Assembly: GCA_046116545.1 (NCBI GenBank)
Contig: CP175956.1
Location: 1,170,912-1,234,911 of the forward strand
Direction: 5' to 3'
DNA length: 64,000 nt
Source of the DNA: Candidatus Moraniibacteriota bacterium
Lineage (GTDB): Bacteria > Patescibacteriota > Minisyncoccia > Moranbacterales > GCA-2747515
Positions 19,843-30,296 of this stretch are shown piece after piece (positions within the stretch are counted from its first letter, which is position 1; every line of letters begins with the position of its first letter). A program made the position numbers and the translations under genes. The notes beneath the pieces were generated by a model. The model was not told where the DNA came from, made no database searches, and saw nothing but the letters and a program-made list of their open reading frames with translations.

Positions 19843-20907
19843 ATGTTTTGGCTTATATTTCGTACAACCATATATTTATCACTTTTTGCACTCATTTGGT
19901 ATGGTGGTCAATTTTATATTTCCTCAGAATTAAACAAGGACTTACATAAAATGACACCTGATACAATTTTTGTAAATAAAAAGATTTTAGAAAATCAAGA
20001 TTATGCCATAGAGCAAGATGGATCGTATACATATCCCTTTGCAACCATAACGCAAGCACTTGAAGTTATCCAAAAAGATGACACTATAACAATCATCATT
20101 TCTGACGGCTCTTATGATGAAGAGTTAATACTTCCTGAAAATACTACTCTATACGGAGATGGTGCTGTAACGATTTCACAAGGAATTGATGTTCCCTCCA
20201 TTAGGACAATAACAACTGCCAATAATACAAAATTAATAAACTTAACTGTCACTGGAGGCAATCATACAATTTATATACCACACAATACTTCTTTGACATT
20301 ATTAAATTCTACTATAAGTGGAGCTGATGACTTTGGTATAAAAATGGATAAAAAAGAACGCGCTCCCGACTTTAAAGAAAGCACAACAAATCTTGTTTAT
20401 GAATTTTTCAACAAAACAAAAGAAGAAATAGAAGCTATGCCACTTGTACGAATCAGTAACTCAACTATTACAAAAAACGATAACCAAGGATTATATCTAC
20501 AAAATGGTCGTGTTGAAATATTAAACTCTCAAGTTATAGAAAATGGAGAGGAAGGCATTGATTTACATCCTCATATGCATACCACAATCAAAAATACAAA
20601 TGCATCTAATAATGGTGAGAGTGGTCTTGAGAGTGAAATTTATGACAACATTATAATTATAGAAAATTCTACGTTTAACAATAATATAAAAAATGGATTG
20701 GGATTTATAACTTCACATGGACTTGGCAATATCACAGTATCAAATAATACAATAAATGATAATCAAAAATTTGGTATAAGGTGTGCTGTACACAAAAGTA
20801 AACCAAAGCAACCGAGACCTTTTTTCTCTTCCATGATTACGAACATTAATAATACATTAGAAAATAATATTAAAGCAAATATAGATTCTACTTGCATTAC
20901 CTTTTAA
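19843..20907 (+). CDS. Membrane-anchored right-handed beta-helix protein (DUF1565-like N-terminus)
   Basis: DGSYTYPFATITQAL..GSYDE, then Asn-rich NSTITKNDNQG/NNGESG/NIKNG repeats. Confidence 0.75.
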   Translation: MFWLIFRTTIYLSLFALIWYGGQFYISSELNKDLHKMTPDTIFVNKKILENQDYAIEQDGSYTYPFATITQALEVIQKDDTITIIISDGSYDEELILPENTTLYGDGAVTISQGIDVPSIRTITTANNTKLINLTVTGGNHTIYIPHNTSLTLLNSTISGADDFGIKMDKKERAPDFKESTTNLVYEFFNKTKEEIEAMPLVRISNSTITKNDNQGLYLQNGRVEILNSQVIENGEEGIDLHPHMHTTIKNTNASNNGESGLESEIYDNIIIIENSTFNNNIKNGLGFITSHGLGNITVSNNTINDNQKFGIRCAVHKSKPKQPRPFFSSMITNINNTLENNIKANIDSTCITF

Positions 20908-20928
20908 TATACTACTGAAATTCCATAT

Positions 20929-20960
20929 AAAAAACCCACCTTTATTTTAGATGGGTTTTT
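20929..20960. terminator. Bidirectional terminator between convergent genes
   Basis: aaaaaaccca..tgggttttt. Confidence 0.7.
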
Positions 20961-21005
20961 ATTATTTTATACTATATAAGAATAGATATCTTTAAACTCT
21001 AGAAA

Positions 21006-21614
21006 CTACTGAATCATTTTTTGATAATACAAATCCACATCTTGTATCCATTTAGCAGAACCTGCTCGTGCTGCCCCATTACAACTTCCACATTTCCATA
21101 TCACCATCTTTTGTGGGGTATCATAACCTTTATCTATTAAATCATCGATTCTGCGAGCAACTGTATTTACAGCATCTTTTGGTGAATCAAAACAAGTATG
21201 TCCTCCACTCCCCATTCGCTCTTGCTTCTTTCTAAAACCCCAATAATTATAACATTCTTGTCCATTTAATTTTGGAGTTCTCTTTCCCCATGCACTTTCT
21301 TTTTTTGCAATCGCAACCAAAAATGCTGCAACTTCCCTATTTTCTGTTGCAATATATGGCGCCATCTCAGCCATTGGATAACCTTCTAACATCCTTTCTA
21401 CGTCAACAAGAATCGTAGGGTTCGGCTGATTGAATAAATATCTTCCAGCGTTTAGTAAATTTGTATCAGTATTGATTTGATATATACAAAATAAAACAAT
21501 AAAAATAAAAATATTAAAAACCACTGCAAAAAATAGCAGTGGGTGTTTATGTTCATATCCTTTTGTAACTTTATGTGTAATTTTACAAAAAGTATTTTGT
21601 TTTTTGTTTTTCAT
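21006..21614 (-). CDS. Membrane-anchored lysozyme/glucosaminidase-like protein
   Basis: N-terminal TM; AIAKKESAWG..YNYWGF..FDSPKDAV pattern of lysozyme-fold hydrolases. Confidence 0.55.
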   Translation of the reverse strand: MKNKKQNTFCKITHKVTKGYEHKHPLLFFAVVFNIFIFIVLFCIYQINTDTNLLNAGRYLFNQPNPTILVDVERMLEGYPMAEMAPYIATENREVAAFLVAIAKKESAWGKRTPKLNGQECYNYWGFRKKQERMGSGGHTCFDSPKDAVNTVARRIDDLIDKGYDTPQKMVIWKCGSCNGAARAGSAKWIQDVDLYYQKMIQ

Positions 21615-21652
21615 AAAATGAATTATGAATTTATTTTGATGTTTTTATTATA

Positions 21653-23617
21653 TCACATTCTTTTTAATTCCCTAATCTCATCCCGTATCATTGCAGCTTC
21701 TTCAAAATTAAGTGCTTTCGCTGCTTTTTTCATATCACCCTCCCTTTGTTTTATATAACCTTCTATATTTTCAATACTCGCTAACTCTACAAATTCTTTT
21801 ACTCGCTTTTTTTCATTTTCTGCCTTCTTTTTTATAATTGATTTAATATTTTTTTGAATTGTTGTTGGTGTAATATCATTCTCTTTATTATACGTCTCTT
21901 GTAATTCACGACGACGCTCTGTTTCATCTATAGCTCTTTTAAGTGAACCTGTTATTTTATCCGCATACAAAAGCACACGACCTCCAGCATTTCTAGCAGC
22001 TCGTCCTATAGTTTGAATGAGTGAGACTTCACTTCTCAAAAATCCTTCTTTATCAGCATCTAAAATCGCCACCAGTGAAACCTCTGGTAGATCAAGTCCT
22101 TCCCGAAGTAAGTTTACACCTACAAGAACATCAAACTTCCCTTCTCGCAGTTCTTCTAATATCGTAATTCTATCTAATGTATCAACATCCGAATGGAGAT
22201 ATTGAGATTTGATTTCATTTTCATCTAAATACTCAGACAAATTTTCTGCCTGCTTTTTTGTGAGTGTAGTAATTAAAACTCTCTCACCTTTTTTAATAGT
22301 TTTTCCAATTTCTTTTATCACATCAGCTACTTGTCCACCTGTAGGACGAACAATTAACTTTGGATCAAGCAATCCTGTAGGACGAATGATTTGCTCTACA
22401 ATTTGCGAGCTATTATCTTTTTCGTATTGTGCTGGAGTTGCTGATACAAAAATAGTTTGTCCCATTCGCTCTTCAAATTCAGAAAAATTAAGTGGTCTAT
22501 TATCCATCGCACTAGGAAGCCTAAAGCCATGCTCAACAAGGTTGTGCTTACGCGCTTTATCACCATTATACATTCCACCAATTTGAGGCACACTAACATG
22601 TGACTCATCAATTATCAACGTATAATCATCTGGAAAATAATCTATGAGAGTATACGGCGCTTCTCCAGTTTTTCTACCCGTTAGATATACTGAATAATTT
22701 TCTATTCCATTGCAATAACCAAGTTCTTTCATCATCTCTATATCTTGCCTTGTTCGCATCTCCAATCTTTGAGCCTCTAACAATTTTCCTTCTTTTTGAA
22801 AATAATCCAGCCTATCTGTTAGATCTTTTTCAATATGAACTATAGACTTTTCCAAAACTGGTTCAGGTACAACAAAATGCTTAGCTGGATAAATAATTAC
22901 CGTTTCCATATCTGCTCGTTTTTCTCCACTAGTTAATTCTATCTCCATAATTCTAGCAATCCTATTGCCTTTCATGATAATTCTCACAACAGCCTCACGA
23001 CCAGCTGGTACTATATCAATAGTTGGTCCAACAGCTCGAAATTTTGCTCGAGATAAAATTTCATTTCTCTCATAGTATTGATCAATAAAATTTTTTAGAA
23101 GCTCTTCTCTATCAATTTCATCACCAACCGCAAGCGTTATCATGCTTTTTTTATAAAAATCAGGAGAACCTAACCCATAAATACACGATACACTAGCTAC
23201 CACTATTACATCTTTACGAGTCAACACTGCTGCAGTTGCCGCATGTCTTAACCTATCAATCTCTTCATTAATCTGTACCTCTTTATCAATAAAGGTATCC
23301 GATGAACGCACATAAGCTTCCGGTTGATAATAATCATAATACGACACAAAATATTCCACAGCATTCTGTGGAAAAAAAGTTCTAAACTCCTGCACTAACT
23401 GTGCAGCTAAAGTTTTATTATGTGCAATTACAAGTGTCGGCTTTTGTATTTGCTCAATCACATTTGCAACAGTAAAAGTTTTACCACTACCAGTCACACC
23501 CAAAAGCGTCTGAGCATCACTGCCCGATTTCATGCCACTGACCAATTCCTTTATAGCCTGTGGCTGATCTCCTGTTGGTTCAAATTGTTTATGAAGTTTA
23601 AATTTCTGCATATACAA
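21653..23617 (-). CDS. uvrB: Excinuclease ABC subunit B
   Basis: GDQPQAI, GVTGSGKT, YYDYYQPEAY, DESH, NLLREGLDLPEV, QTIGRAARN, C-terminal UVR domain. Confidence 0.99.
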   Translation of the reverse strand: MYMQKFKLHKQFEPTGDQPQAIKELVSGMKSGSDAQTLLGVTGSGKTFTVANVIEQIQKPTLVIAHNKTLAAQLVQEFRTFFPQNAVEYFVSYYDYYQPEAYVRSSDTFIDKEVQINEEIDRLRHAATAAVLTRKDVIVVASVSCIYGLGSPDFYKKSMITLAVGDEIDREELLKNFIDQYYERNEILSRAKFRAVGPTIDIVPAGREAVVRIIMKGNRIARIMEIELTSGEKRADMETVIIYPAKHFVVPEPVLEKSIVHIEKDLTDRLDYFQKEGKLLEAQRLEMRTRQDIEMMKELGYCNGIENYSVYLTGRKTGEAPYTLIDYFPDDYTLIIDESHVSVPQIGGMYNGDKARKHNLVEHGFRLPSAMDNRPLNFSEFEERMGQTIFVSATPAQYEKDNSSQIVEQIIRPTGLLDPKLIVRPTGGQVADVIKEIGKTIKKGERVLITTLTKKQAENLSEYLDENEIKSQYLHSDVDTLDRITILEELREGKFDVLVGVNLLREGLDLPEVSLVAILDADKEGFLRSEVSLIQTIGRAARNAGGRVLLYADKITGSLKRAIDETERRRELQETYNKENDITPTTIQKNIKSIIKKKAENEKKRVKEFVELASIENIEGYIKQREGDMKKAAKALNFEEAAMIRDEIRELKRM

Positions 23618-23696
23618 AAATTGTTACACATTTACATACAAAAAACAATACAGTCAGTATACAAATAAGGTACTCTATTTTTAAATAATTCTAATT

Positions 23697-23734
23697 AAAA
23701 AAGAAATGAGATTAAATCATCCCATTTCTTTTTT
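23697..23734. terminator. Terminator after the 1485-aa gene
   Basis: aaaaaagaaatg.gat..atc.catttctttttt. Confidence 0.65.
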
Positions 23735-23755
23735 GTGTTTTTGGTTGGTTTTACT

Positions 23756-26700
23756 TTAAACTTTAATATCCTCCCTAACAAGACCTTTCCTAACATTGAT
23801 ATTACCTTGTTTTTCAAAAGGTTGTCCTGATATTGGTTGTCCTTTTACTTTCATATTGTAATCTCCATTTTCTGCTAGAAGATAATATCTTCCTATTGCA
23901 TCTGTTACAGCGAATCCTGTTTTTTGATTTGTTTCTTTGTTATGGAGTGATACTACTGCAAAAGGTACTGGGTTTTTATCATGTTTTGTTACTGTTCCAT
24001 ATTTCTTTTGTTTTATGAAGTTATCATAAATGAACAGTGCCATATATAGAGATAGGAATATGTAATTTAGAGTTGATGGGTACAGGTAAGTTATTGCTGC
24101 TGTAGCTATAAATCCTACGTAAAAAAGAATTATGAAGCTCCATTTCTTTATTGCTGAGAAAGTTCCTGTATAGCTTTTTACTTTTTTATCTGCATATTCA
24201 TTCCAGTTTATATTCAGGGCATTCATTGCAATATTTGTTGCTAGAACTTTGTTTTCTTCTATTGTTAATGCTTCTCCTGTATATACATCTCCGTATAGTG
24301 AATCATGGTTATGAGTTAGGTCTTCTTCATATTTTGGTTTTTCTGGATGTATCAGATATGTTCCATTTGTTGTTAAGAATCCAAATCTTCCATGTTGATC
24401 TGAGTATGTTGTTTCTATTTCAAAGCCCTCTATATCAGTTAGAACTAGTTTTACTCCAGGCAATGGTTGTTTTGTTGTTTGTTCAAACACTGTTCCCCAG
24501 TTTTGTTCATTTTTTCTTCTAGCTAATATTCCTAAGAAAGGCATTATGAATATATCTGTTGCTGCCATTGGGATTGTTGTGAATAGAGGGATTGTTGTTG
24601 AAGCTAGAGCTATTAGTGTTCCTGTTGTTAATCCTACTACTGCAGCTGCTTGATATTGTTTTTCTTTTTGTTGTTCCTTTGTTGGTTCTTGTACAGGAGG
24701 ATCTGTTACTTCTTGTGCTGGTGGTTCAGGATCACTTCCTCCTTGTACTACTGGAGGAGTTACTATTTCTTTTTCTTCTCTACTAGCGCTACATGTTATT
24801 TCTTCATCATCATTTGTACATGTCCATGAAGATGATTCTCCTTGATTTGGAAATTCTGGTATATTTAATACTTCTCCTGTTTGACAGAAGTCTCCTGTGA
24901 ATTCTGATTCATCTTCTGTATATGTTTTACTTGATTCTCCACATTCTGGATTTACTATTTCTTTTGTAGGTCCTAGAGTTGTTTTTTCTGTTGTTGCTGT
25001 TTTAGAATGTGGACAGTATTCGTAGCTATCATCTTCTTGATATGATACTTTGAACCTATATTGGGTATCTTCTTCTAGGTTATCTATCTCTAGAGTTACT
25101 CTTCCACTATCAGATGGTTTATCCGTTAGTTTTATTGTTTCTTTTTCATTTGTATATAGATTCTCTACTTCTACTTTGAATTTTATTTTCTCATCTGCGT
25201 ATTCTTCATCTACTTCTACTCTTAGAGTTACTGAATCTTTTGTTATTTCTTTTATATTGTCGGTTTTGCATTCTTTTTCTTCTTCTGGATCCTCTGGGTG
25301 TATTGGTGGGGTTACTGGAGAATCACATGATGGGTCTGGTTTTGTTTTGTATGTGAAGTCTGATCCTGTGTTGTCAGGTTGTGTTGTATATGCTATCTCC
25401 CATTTATCTAGTTTTGGAGTTATTTGGTTGTCTGTTGTTTCAAATGTGAATTTTAGACAAATTTCAATATTACTCGTACTAATTCCACTTAAATCAATGT
25501 TCCTATCTACTGTACTTGGAATTAATGTTGTTATACAATTTTTATCTAGTATTTCTGTTTCTAATATGGTATTGGCAACAGAATCAACTGTTATATTTAA
25601 ATTATTCCACTCTTTTACAAATCCAACTGTACTAACAATTGTCTTATATTCTCCAGTTGCACTATAAGCCAATGGATCATAGGTTCCATCTGTGTTATAT
25701 GCTGTAAAAAATACATCTTTATCTCCATTAGAGATATGTTCATCTGACCCACCCGTTCCATCAAAATTTACCATTTCTGAAAACATTCCAATAATTCTAA
25801 CATCTTCACCATGTACCCATGGTTTTATAGCATAATCGCCACCAACTCCACCAAACGTACGTGTCCATCCATATGTTCCATCTGCATTATATCTAGTCAA
25901 AAATGCATCTTCCATTCCGTTTGAAGCATGTTCATCTGTTCCACCGGTTCCATCAAAATTACCATCCTCCCAAAAATATCCAGATACATAAATATTATTA
26001 GCACCATCAACTGCAACACCATTTCCAGTACCAGCCCCAAATGTGCGTGTCCATTCATATGTTCCATTTGTAGCATATTTTGTTAAAAATACATCACTAG
26101 TTCCGTCTGCTACATGCACATCACTACCACCACCCGTATCAAAATTCACAGAATCAGAAAAAGTTCCCACAATAAGTATATCTCCATTTATATCTATTAC
26201 ATTACCAAATCCCCTATCTTGATTGGTAGCTCCAAATGTACGTGTCCATCCATATGTTCCATCTGCATTATATCTTGTTAAAAATACATCATTACTTCCA
26301 TTAGATGTATGATTATCTACGCTACCACTAGCATCAAAATCAAATACACCTGTAAAGGAACCCGTTGAAAATACACCACCAAAAGAATCAACTGCTAGAG
26401 AATTGGCACTTCCATCTTGCACGCCTCCAAATGTACGTGTCCATCCATATGTTCCATCTGCATTATATCTTGTTAAAAACATGTCACTTGTTCCACTACT
26501 TACCGTATGCATATCTGCTCCACCAGTATCATCAAAATTTACAGTAGCATGGAACACACCTACTATAAAAACATTTCCGCTAGCATCAATGCCAATATGC
26601 CCTGCTTCATCAGGTCCACAGTGCGTCATCATACAATCTGCACTACCTAGACCGATTACGCGTGTCCATCCATATGTTCCATCTGCATTATATTTTGTTA

Positions 26701-28213
26701 AAAATCCATCTGCACCTTCGTTATGATCATGCCGAATATCTGTTCCAATACCTGCATCAAAATCAACAGAGTTCTCAAATGATCCAGTCATGAATATATC
26801 TCCCGATGCATTAACAACAATTGAATCAGGGTGATCAAAACCACTTCCACCAAATGTACGTGTCCATCCGTATGAACCATCTGCATTATATTTTGTTAAA
26901 TATGCGTCTGCAAATCCACCATTAGACGTGTGAATATCAACTCCATCAGTAGCATCAAAGTCAACATCATTTGAAAAAGAACCTGTCAAAAAAGTATTAT
27001 CATTACTATCCATAGCCATAAAACTCCCAGAATCCCAACCAACACTACCAAAAGTACTAGCTCTCATAGTTCCCGGTACATAATCCAAAGCTACCATACC
27101 ATTTCCATCACTTACAACCTGCGTATTTGTTAAATCTCCTATGAACTCACTCTCAATATCTTCTTTTTTTGTAACTTTTTCTTGTGAAATCATTTTCAAT
27201 TCAGTAACATTACAATCCTTTCCTTCACTATCAGGGACTGGCGCATAATCCCAAGAAACTCTATTATTATTTGAATATAAAAATGAAGTTGTGTCTGGGT
27301 GTGTACTTTCTTCAGAACCTATTTCATAACACTCACATTCTGAAACTGTTTTTATTATTGTCGTATCCCCTGGTGCCGCAGCTCTATCTGCATTACAACT
27401 TTGAGTTTCACCGTTAGATAGACAATTCCAATGCACTATTTGTTCATAGTCTGGAAAAGCAGGAGCAACATCAACCACTCCAACGTTACAAAAAGTTCCA
27501 TCAAAAGCTGTTTCATTTGCTGTATATGTACGTGCTGCTATTCCACATTGTGGCACAATATCTTCAGCAAGAACCTCTAGCTCATTGATTTGAGGGTCAA
27601 CTGTACTTGTGGTAGTTGTAGTAGTTGTGGTTGTAGTTGTATAATAGTGAAAATTTTGATTTGTATAATAGTTAGTATAACACGTATATGTCCCTGACAT
27701 TGACGTGCACATAAAACCTGTATATGTAGTTGTAGTTATAGATTGATTTTGATTTTGATGTGGATTTTGATGTGGGTTTTGAAAACTACTTCCTCCATCA
27801 TGAAATTCAAACTTGATATACCTACCAGTTGCATCAAAAATGGGTGATTCTTGCCACGAGGCTAATGGATTCGGCTCCCAATTACTAATAACTGGAAATA
27901 TAGGAAAATTATCGGGATCCTCAGAAACAAAAATTTCAACAGTTGAAAGTCCTCCTGAATCATTAATATATAAACGAGCTTGAGTAATAGATTTTGATAT
28001 GCCAAGGTCATATATTGCACTAGCATTGGGAACCTCATGTAAATATTCATTCCCAGTTGATGTATTCTGATCGATTGTCAAATCAGCTGATCCCCAACTA
28101 CCATCAACATCGTATACAGAAACGGGAGTTTGCCATGCTGCACTTGCAGTATGAGTCACCGCCAAAGACACGCTAAAAAGAAAAATTAAACTACTTATTT
28201 TAATTTTATACAT
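23756..28213 (-). CDS. Large secreted, membrane-anchored surface protein: discoidin-like N-domain, SBBP-type beta-propeller repeats, Fn3-like domain, C-terminal TM and carboxypeptidase-regulatory-like domains
   Basis: Signal peptide; seven DxFLTxYxxxGxYxWTR repeats; DNLEEDTQYRFKVSY; WGTVFEQTTKQPLPG..SDQHGRFGF and TDAIGRYYLL C-terminal block. Confidence 0.8.
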   Translation of the reverse strand: MYKIKISSLIFLFSVSLAVTHTASAAWQTPVSVYDVDGSWGSADLTIDQNTSTGNEYLHEVPNASAIYDLGISKSITQARLYINDSGGLSTVEIFVSEDPDNFPIFPVISNWEPNPLASWQESPIFDATGRYIKFEFHDGGSSFQNPHQNPHQNQNQSITTTTYTGFMCTSMSGTYTCYTNYYTNQNFHYYTTTTTTTTTTTSTVDPQINELEVLAEDIVPQCGIAARTYTANETAFDGTFCNVGVVDVAPAFPDYEQIVHWNCLSNGETQSCNADRAAAPGDTTIIKTVSECECYEIGSEESTHPDTTSFLYSNNNRVSWDYAPVPDSEGKDCNVTELKMISQEKVTKKEDIESEFIGDLTNTQVVSDGNGMVALDYVPGTMRASTFGSVGWDSGSFMAMDSNDNTFLTGSFSNDVDFDATDGVDIHTSNGGFADAYLTKYNADGSYGWTRTFGGSGFDHPDSIVVNASGDIFMTGSFENSVDFDAGIGTDIRHDHNEGADGFLTKYNADGTYGWTRVIGLGSADCMMTHCGPDEAGHIGIDASGNVFIVGVFHATVNFDDTGGADMHTVSSGTSDMFLTRYNADGTYGWTRTFGGVQDGSANSLAVDSFGGVFSTGSFTGVFDFDASGSVDNHTSNGSNDVFLTRYNADGTYGWTRTFGATNQDRGFGNVIDINGDILIVGTFSDSVNFDTGGGSDVHVADGTSDVFLTKYATNGTYEWTRTFGAGTGNGVAVDGANNIYVSGYFWEDGNFDGTGGTDEHASNGMEDAFLTRYNADGTYGWTRTFGGVGGDYAIKPWVHGEDVRIIGMFSEMVNFDGTGGSDEHISNGDKDVFFTAYNTDGTYDPLAYSATGEYKTIVSTVGFVKEWNNLNITVDSVANTILETEILDKNCITTLIPSTVDRNIDLSGISTSNIEICLKFTFETTDNQITPKLDKWEIAYTTQPDNTGSDFTYKTKPDPSCDSPVTPPIHPEDPEEEKECKTDNIKEITKDSVTLRVEVDEEYADEKIKFKVEVENLYTNEKETIKLTDKPSDSGRVTLEIDNLEEDTQYRFKVSYQEDDSYEYCPHSKTATTEKTTLGPTKEIVNPECGESSKTYTEDESEFTGDFCQTGEVLNIPEFPNQGESSSWTCTNDDEEITCSASREEKEIVTPPVVQGGSDPEPPAQEVTDPPVQEPTKEQQKEKQYQAAAVVGLTTGTLIALASTTIPLFTTIPMAATDIFIMPFLGILARRKNEQNWGTVFEQTTKQPLPGVKLVLTDIEGFEIETTYSDQHGRFGFLTTNGTYLIHPEKPKYEEDLTHNHDSLYGDVYTGEALTIEENKVLATNIAMNALNINWNEYADKKVKSYTGTFSAIKKWSFIILFYVGFIATAAITYLYPSTLNYIFLSLYMALFIYDNFIKQKKYGTVTKHDKNPVPFAVVSLHNKETNQKTGFAVTDAIGRYYLLAENGDYNMKVKGQPISGQPFEKQGNINVRKGLVREDIKV

Positions 28214-28292
28214 TTTTTTTTGATTAAATTTATATTATTAATATTATAACATACAACTACAATTCGACCCAAATAAATCATACTTTTTCAAA

Positions 28293-29492
28293 TTATTTAG
28301 ATACAATCCCTATTGCAACAATAGTTCCCTTATTTAAAATTGTAACGGTGCCTAATTCATCTAACTCATCATATTTACTTACTGCAATTTTATTATCAAG
28401 TGCTACGATACCTTTAAAAAGATTACCCTTGTCTTTATTTTTTCTATTTTTATTTATATATAGCTCTTTTTGTAAAACTATCTGACAAGATGCTGCTTGT
28501 GTGGCAACATTTACATAATATTGCTTTGATTCATCATATTTTTCATCACCTGTCCATACAATATCCAAAGAAATTTTCTTCGTAGAATATACAATATCAC
28601 TCCCATCCATGAGAATATCACCTCTTTTTACATTTGCCTCGTCATTTAACTGTACCAATGCTAAATCGCCCCTATTGATCTCATTAATACAATCTCCCGA
28701 ATTATTTTTTATATTTATAATCTTATACTTTTCTTTATTAATTATATTTAGAACTTCATCTGAACCTTTATCCATACTACCCGACAGAACCTTCCCTGCA
28801 ATATATTTCACCCCACTTATTTCATATATATCTTGTACAGAAAACACAAAATCACTTCTAGAAGTCTCTTTCTCTATTTTCATACTTATCAATGACTCAA
28901 TGACTGACAAACCAGTATACCACTTACACAAGTTTTGATTTTTTACAACATTGATACCTTTTTGTGCTGAAATCGGAATAATATTATCAATATTAATCCT
29001 TAATTCTTTACAAATTTTATTGATTTGTTTTTCAATTTCAGAAAATTGCTCTTTACTACAATTAATCCTGTCCATTTTATTTATGACAACTGTAATATTC
29101 CTCACTTCAAACAAAGATAATATATTCAAATGATGTATCGTTTGTTCTTGTATCCCCTGTAATACATCAATGACTATAAGCGCATAATCAACTTTTGATA
29201 TACTAGTTATCATTCTATCTATATATTCAGCATGTCCTGGAACATCAAAAAAAATACAACTTCTATTGTTAATATCAACAGCAACCCGCATAGAATTAAT
29301 TGTTTTCCCCTGTTTTTGTTCTTGTTCAAATGAATCAAGGAGATATGCAAAATTTATATTATCCACAACATCAATATTTAATCCTTCTTTTTTACTTTTT
29401 GAAATATTATCTGTATCAAATAACAACCTGCCAAGTAACGTCGACTTGCCATGATCAATATGTCCAACAATCGCTATGTTTAATTCACTCAT
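28293..29492 (-). CDS. cysN: Sulfate adenylyltransferase subunit 1 (GTPase); no fused APS kinase
   Basis: [42 protein letters not shown]; directly follows cysD. Confidence 0.88.
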   Translation of the reverse strand: MSELNIAIVGHIDHGKSTLLGRLLFDTDNISKSKKEGLNIDVVDNINFAYLLDSFEQEQKQGKTINSMRVAVDINNRSCIFFDVPGHAEYIDRMITSISKVDYALIVIDVLQGIQEQTIHHLNILSLFEVRNITVVINKMDRINCSKEQFSEIEKQINKICKELRINIDNIIPISAQKGINVVKNQNLCKWYTGLSVIESLISMKIEKETSRSDFVFSVQDIYEISGVKYIAGKVLSGSMDKGSDEVLNIINKEKYKIINIKNNSGDCINEINRGDLALVQLNDEANVKRGDILMDGSDIVYSTKKISLDIVWTGDEKYDESKQYYVNVATQAASCQIVLQKELYINKNRKNKDKGNLFKGIVALDNKIAVSKYDELDELGTVTILNKGTIVAIGIVSK

Positions 29493-30296
29493 TTACATAT
29501 AACCTAATGATCGTAATTTTTGCATTGCAAATTCTTTTTCCTTATCCTGTGCCCTACCATCCCTTTCATCTGTATTTTCATTTTTTAATTCCTCTATGAT
29601 CTCATCAATTGTTATCGCACTACTATTTATTGGATTTGTTATTTGTTGACATCCCAAACTACGATATCTTTTACCATTTTTTGCAAAATATAACTCATTT
29701 ACTGGCATATTTTCTTGTTTGATATATTCCCAAATTTCAACTTCAGTCCAGTTCAATATTGGATGTATACGAACATGTCCTCCATCTTCTATATTTTGAG
29801 TATAAACATCACCTACTTGTGTATCATGATTCATATAATCCCAAGAAAAATCTGATTTTCTAGGAGAAACTACTTGTTCTTTTGCACGAATTCCGTGTTC
29901 ATCAGCTCTAATACCTACAAATAATCCTTTAATTTCTTTTTCTTTAACTATATCTTGTAATGGTACTGTTTTTAAATTATGACATACTGTCACAGCATCA
30001 TGTGATTCATATGACATCCCTTCTTTTATAGCTCTTTCATTCGTTTTTATAATTAAATCTAATTCTAATTCATTAGCATAATAATCACGAAATTCATACA
30101 TTTCTGGAAATTTAAATGTTGTATCTATATGAATGACTGGAAATGGAATATTACCAAAAAATGCTTTTTTACAAAGCCAAAGTAATACAGTGGAATCTTT
30201 CCCCATACTCCAAAGTAATGCTAGATTTTTTTGTTGTGCATACATTTCACGGATGATATAAATACTTTCATCCTCACGCTCTTTCAAAATACTCAT
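29493..30296 (-). CDS. cysD: Sulfate adenylyltransferase subunit 2
   Basis: ESIYIIRE, WSMGKDS, HIDTTFKFPEMYEFRD, GIRADEHGIRAKE, RIHPILNWTE, RYRSLGC. Confidence 0.95.
   Translation of the reverse strand: MSILKEREDESIYIIREMYAQQKNLALLWSMGKDSTVLLWLCKKAFFGNIPFPVIHIDTTFKFPEMYEFRDYYANELELDLIIKTNERAIKEGMSYESHDAVTVCHNLKTVPLQDIVKEKEIKGLFVGIRADEHGIRAKEQVVSPRKSDFSWDYMNHDTQVGDVYTQNIEDGGHVRIHPILNWTEVEIWEYIKQENMPVNELYFAKNGKRYRSLGCQQITNPINSSAITIDEIIEELKNENTDERDGRAQDKEKEFAMQKLRSLGYM

Noticed and set aside
21653-21655. Alternative genetic code 25 (TGA=Gly) as in Gracilibacteria
   Set aside because: Long genes are intact under code 11, and TGA terminates uvrB at its expected end
25680-26900. Repeated gtgtccatccatatgttccatctgcattata blocks
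   Set aside because: Coding repeats of the beta-propeller, not a non-coding array
28293-29492. Elongation factor (EF-Tu/SelB) annotation
   Set aside because: The FAYLLD..EQ.QG.TI motif and coupling to cysD indicate CysN
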